Position numbers and translations under genes: made by a program. Below the pieces are notes generated by a model. The model was given only the letters and a program-made list of their open reading frames with translations. It ran no database searches and was not told where the DNA came from. DNA of 19,614 bases from IMG/VR virus record IMGVR_UViG_2609459791_000004, positions 1 through 19,614 of that record; one strand, given 5' to 3'. This stretch comes from a virus (lineage: Duplodnaviria > Heunggongvirae > Uroviricota > Caudoviricetes). Position 1 is the first letter of the stretch. Every line of letters starts with the position of its first letter. Positions 16,378 to 19,614 of the stretch are shown here, piece after piece.

Positions 16378-18384
16378 ATGAAATTGATTTCATTCAGGAT
16401 TAAAAATTATCGCTCAATTTTTGATAGTGGGATAATAACGACTGAGAAATTGACGGCAATACTTGGTAGAAATGAAAGTGGAAAGACCAATTTATTATCC
16501 GCACTTTATAGCCTAAAACCAGCAGAGGAATTTAGTGCCCTTGATAAAATTAAAAACTTTCCAAGAAATAGAAGGTTAGAAGAGTGCGATGACTCGACTA
16601 GAGTTGTGGAGTCTACATGGGAGTTAACAGACTCAGAATTAGTTGAGTTAGGACGCATCTACCCAAGAGCAAAAAACAGTAAACAGGTAACTGTAACTAG
16701 AAATTATAGCAAATCTAGACAAGTTGGATTCTCAAAAATTGAACCATTTGACTATGATGCAAATGCGATTAAGAAAAAATTCGGCAAAGTCTTGCTGAAT
16801 ATTGAAAATGCTATAGACGATAATGAATATGATGGAGTAGATAAAGAAACTATTCTAATTCAGTTTCGCAATCTAATCTCTGAGATTTCTCCTGATGACA
16901 ACGAGGGAGTTTTTTCTTGGGCTGGTAAAGTTGGTGAGAAAATTAATGAATTGAATAAGGGTTTTGATAAATATGATTTAGTAATAAAAGAAGATAATGA
17001 GACTTTCATTGACTCTATGAGCGAGTTGATAGTTGGAGTGAAAAATGATGCAGCTTTAAGTCAAAAGGCCAGGGATTGGGTTGTTCAGACCATGCCTGTA
17101 TTTATTTACGTTGATGAATATCCCGAGCTTGAAGGACATCAAAATATTGGGCAATACTTCGAGAGGAAAAGACTTAACAATCAAAGTAAAGCTGATGTGA
17201 ATTTTGATAAGCTATGTAAAGTTGCAGGCATTAAGCCAGAGCAATTGCACGAAAACAAAAATGATCCTGAGGTAAGGAATCAGCTAGCTAACCGTGCAGG
17301 GGCTGTTGTAACACAGGAAATTCATAGATTATGGAAAGATAAACCGCTAAAAATTCGATTCAATCTTGATAATGATTATTTTCATACCTATGTTTCTGAT
17401 CATAACAGTGGATATGATGTTGAAGTAAATCTCGATGAAAGAAGTCGCGGTTTTAAATGGTTCTTCTCTTTCTATATTACATTTTGTGCAGATACACATG
17501 GGGGGGATGCTGAGAATGCAATTATTTTGTTAGATGAGCCCGGCCTATACTTGCATGCTAAATCTCAAGGGGATTTGTTAAATCATCTAATTGATGACTT
17601 TGCTAATCAAATTATATATACAACACATTCACCATTCTTAGTTCCTGTGAAGGATATTTCTGCTATAAAAACTGTTTCGATCTCTGAAGAGGAAGGAACA
17701 AAAGTCACTAATGATCCTAGTGGTGATTCTACAACTTTATTCCCTCTCCAGGCAGCGTTAGGATATGATATTGCTCAGTCGTTATTTATTGGCTCTCATA
17801 ATTTGATTGTAGAGGGTGTAACTGATTATTGGTATATATCGGCATTATCTGAATACCTCATTTCTAAGGGCATGACCGGGCTGAATGACAACATTACAAT
17901 CACTCCTGCTGGAGGAGCACAGAAAGTATCTTACTTAGTATCTTTGCTATCATCCCAAAATCTTAATGTTGTTCTTCTTTTAGACGATGAGAGAAATAGT
18001 CGTCAGACCTCTATAGAAATAGTAAATGGAAAACTGATAGGGCAGAAAAATATTGTCTTTGTATCAGAGGTTCAAAGTGGGGATGTTACAGAGGTTGATA
18101 TTGAGGATCTGTTTGATAAAGAAATGTTCAGAAGACTTATATCAGAGGCCTATTTTCCAGATGTAAGTGAAGAATTAAAGTTTAATGACAAAGTTCCGAG
18201 GATAACTAAGCAAGCTGAAGAGGCTTTGAAACTGCACAAAATGAAATTTGTGAAAGCTAAACCAGCTAGGTTGTTCTTATCTAAATTGAAGGATGCGAAT
18301 GGTGATTTTCTATCTCTTGAAGTAATGAGGAAATTCGAGGCTTTATTTAAAATAATTAATAAAAAGATCTCATCCAAGAAATAG
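16378..18384 (+). CDS. OLD-family ABC-type ATPase fused to a Toprim nuclease domain
   Basis: 668 aa. Walker A GRNESGKTN near the N-terminus after an IKNYRSI beta-strand motif; signature-like DERSRGFKWFFSF; Walker B AIILLDEPGLYLH; His-switch YTTHSP. C-terminal Toprim-like IVEGVTDYWY and LLLDDE. GAGG Shine-Dalgarno 5 nt upstream of the ATG, 7 nt after the upstream stop. Confidence 0.8.
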   Translation: MKLISFRIKNYRSIFDSGIITTEKLTAILGRNESGKTNLLSALYSLKPAEEFSALDKIKNFPRNRRLEECDDSTRVVESTWELTDSELVELGRIYPRAKNSKQVTVTRNYSKSRQVGFSKIEPFDYDANAIKKKFGKVLLNIENAIDDNEYDGVDKETILIQFRNLISEISPDDNEGVFSWAGKVGEKINELNKGFDKYDLVIKEDNETFIDSMSELIVGVKNDAALSQKARDWVVQTMPVFIYVDEYPELEGHQNIGQYFERKRLNNQSKADVNFDKLCKVAGIKPEQLHENKNDPEVRNQLANRAGAVVTQEIHRLWKDKPLKIRFNLDNDYFHTYVSDHNSGYDVEVNLDERSRGFKWFFSFYITFCADTHGGDAENAIILLDEPGLYLHAKSQGDLLNHLIDDFANQIIYTTHSPFLVPVKDISAIKTVSISEEEGTKVTNDPSGDSTTLFPLQAALGYDIAQSLFIGSHNLIVEGVTDYWYISALSEYLISKGMTGLNDNITITPAGGAQKVSYLVSLLSSQNLNVVLLLDDERNSRQTSIEIVNGKLIGQKNIVFVSEVQSGDVTEVDIEDLFDKEMFRRLISEAYFPDVSEELKFNDKVPRITKQAEEALKLHKMKFVKAKPARLFLSKLKDANGDFLSLEVMRKFEALFKIINKKISSKK

Positions 18385-18389
18385 GAACT

Positions 18390-18417
18390 ATGCCCGTCAG
18401 CATGACGGGCATGTTTT
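18390..18417. terminator. hairpin terminator between the convergent hotspot operon and integrase
   Basis: ATGCCCGTC-agcat-GACGGGCAT (9-bp perfect stem) followed by GTTTT, between stops at 18384 and 18421. Confidence 0.6.
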
Positions 18418-18420
18418 AGC

Positions 18421-19614
18421 TTAGTGTATGTTTCTTACCTTTATACCCCACCATTCCATCAGTGATTTTCGTTGTTCTAAGTAAGTGGAACGGTTATATG
18501 CCTTTCTAACTTCATTTTTATCGGAATGAGCCAATGCCGCTTCGATTACATCCGCATTAAAGCCTTGTTCATTTAGGGTTGTACTAGCAATAGATCTTAA
18601 ACCATGCGCAACAAGCTTCCCACCGTAACCAATTCTCTTCAACGCGGCATTAGCTGTTTGACTATTCATCGGTTGCTTTGGATCATTTCTGCTCGGAAAA
18701 ATATGTTCACGATGAGCGCTGATTGGCTTCATCACTTCCAGAATATCTAATGCCTGTGTCGATAGGGGAACAATATGCTCACGCTTGGCCTTCATCCGCT
18801 CGGCTGGAATAGTCCAGAGCTTCGCTTCGAGATCGATCTCTGCCCAACGAGCACCGGAGGCTTCAGAAGGGCGCACAAGGGTCAGAAGTTGCCACTCAAT
18901 AAGACAACGCGTCGGAACAGACAGATTAGACATAACCAAAGAACGCATCAGCTTCGGTAATTCTTCTGGCCGCAGAGTCGGCATGTTTTGTTTTTTTGGT
19001 TTCTCAAATGCCATACCAATTCCTGACGCAGGGTTGGCATCAATCAAACCGGTGTTAACCGCATAAATCATGATCTCGTTTATGCGCTGCACCAGTCGAC
19101 GAACAGTCTCAAGCGCTCCACGAGCCTTGATTGGCTCAAGGGCTTCAACCAGAGTTCGGGCTTTGATTTGCTGAACGGGGATCTCACCGATGGCAGGGAA
19201 TACATCTTTCTCCAGTGAGCGCCAAATGTCTTTTGCGTAATCAGGAGTAACGCTTTTGCTTTTGAGCTGGAACCAGTTAGCGGCGACCGTTGAAAAAATA
19301 CTGTCCAGCTCGATTTGCTGCTGTTCCTCTGCAACTTCAGCCTGAATTTGCGGGTCGATTCCGTTGGCTAGCAAGGCTAGGTAATCCGCTCTCAACCCTC
19401 GGGCATCAGCAAGCGAAAGGGCAGGGAAGGCACCGAGCCCCATCATTGTCCGCTGCTTTGTTGTCGGACGTTGATAACGAAAACGCCAGAGTTTTTTCCC
19501 GCTGGTTTTCACTATCAGGAAAAGCCCATCGCCATCATGCAGCGTTAGATCCTTCTCCAACGCTTTAGCGCGCAGAACTTCGGTGTTGGTCAGGGGGCGT
19601 GTTGTCCGTGCCAC
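18421..19614 (-). CDS. P4-type tyrosine integrase (IntA-like)
   Basis: 397 aa. N-terminus ARTTRPLTNTEV...DGDGLFLIVKTSGKKLWRFRY resembles CP4-57 IntA. C-terminal catalytic residues in HGLRSIASTTL and VRKAYNRSTYLEQR. Apparent GTG start sits on the last three bases of the window, so the true start may lie just outside. Confidence 0.88.
   Translation of the reverse strand: MARTTRPLTNTEVLRAKALEKDLTLHDGDGLFLIVKTSGKKLWRFRYQRPTTKQRTMMGLGAFPALSLADARGLRADYLALLANGIDPQIQAEVAEEQQQIELDSIFSTVAANWFQLKSKSVTPDYAKDIWRSLEKDVFPAIGEIPVQQIKARTLVEALEPIKARGALETVRRLVQRINEIMIYAVNTGLIDANPASGIGMAFEKPKKQNMPTLRPEELPKLMRSLVMSNLSVPTRCLIEWQLLTLVRPSEASGARWAEIDLEAKLWTIPAERMKAKREHIVPLSTQALDILEVMKPISAHREHIFPSRNDPKQPMNSQTANAALKRIGYGGKLVAHGLRSIASTTLNEQGFNADVIEAALAHSDKNEVRKAYNRSTYLEQRKSLMEWWGIKVRNIH

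Larger units (their letters stand above)
8399..19614 (-). mobile_element. P4-like satellite prophage, nearly complete; attL and target gene lie beyond the window end
   Basis: P4 gene order and orientations: crr iterons, alpha, left operon, immunity leader, vis, ori iterons, sid-delta-psu, cos-like site, cargo hotspot, integrase. Span of about 11.2 kb is close to P4 (11.6 kb). Confidence 0.75.

Noticed and set aside
16378-19614. Gabija (GajA-GajB) assignment for the OLD-like protein
   Set aside because: No UvrD-like helicase gene follows; the next gene is the convergent integrase after a terminator.

Overview
This window reads as two back-to-back prophage-derived islands next to a tRNA with a CAU anticodon (Ile2-type). 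At the left is a partial AT-rich alpha-amylase-family gene (1-1842, minus) and the tRNA (2402-2477). Next comes a decayed P2/186-like prophage remnant (about 2478-7800): a replication-protein-like fragment, a frameshifted tape-measure gene, tail genes U and D, and an intact ogr with its own terminator. An AT-rich junction carries a small WYL-like ORF and a short site resembling the 3' end of ssrA. The rest (about 8399 to the window end) is a nearly complete P4-like satellite with P4 gene order: crr-like iterons, a cargo ORF, alpha primase-helicase, three small left-operon ORFs, an immunity-leader region, vis/alpA, ori-like iterons, sid, delta, psu, a cos-like site, a two-gene AT-rich cargo operon, and a P4-type integrase. 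The most interesting locus is that psu-int cargo operon (15897-18384): a 157-aa C-terminally membrane-anchored protein translationally coupled to a 668-aa OLD-family ATPase-Toprim protein, which I propose as a candidate anti-phage system I cannot assign to a described family. All calls rest on reading the sequence and ORF track and on recalled family knowledge; no searches were run.
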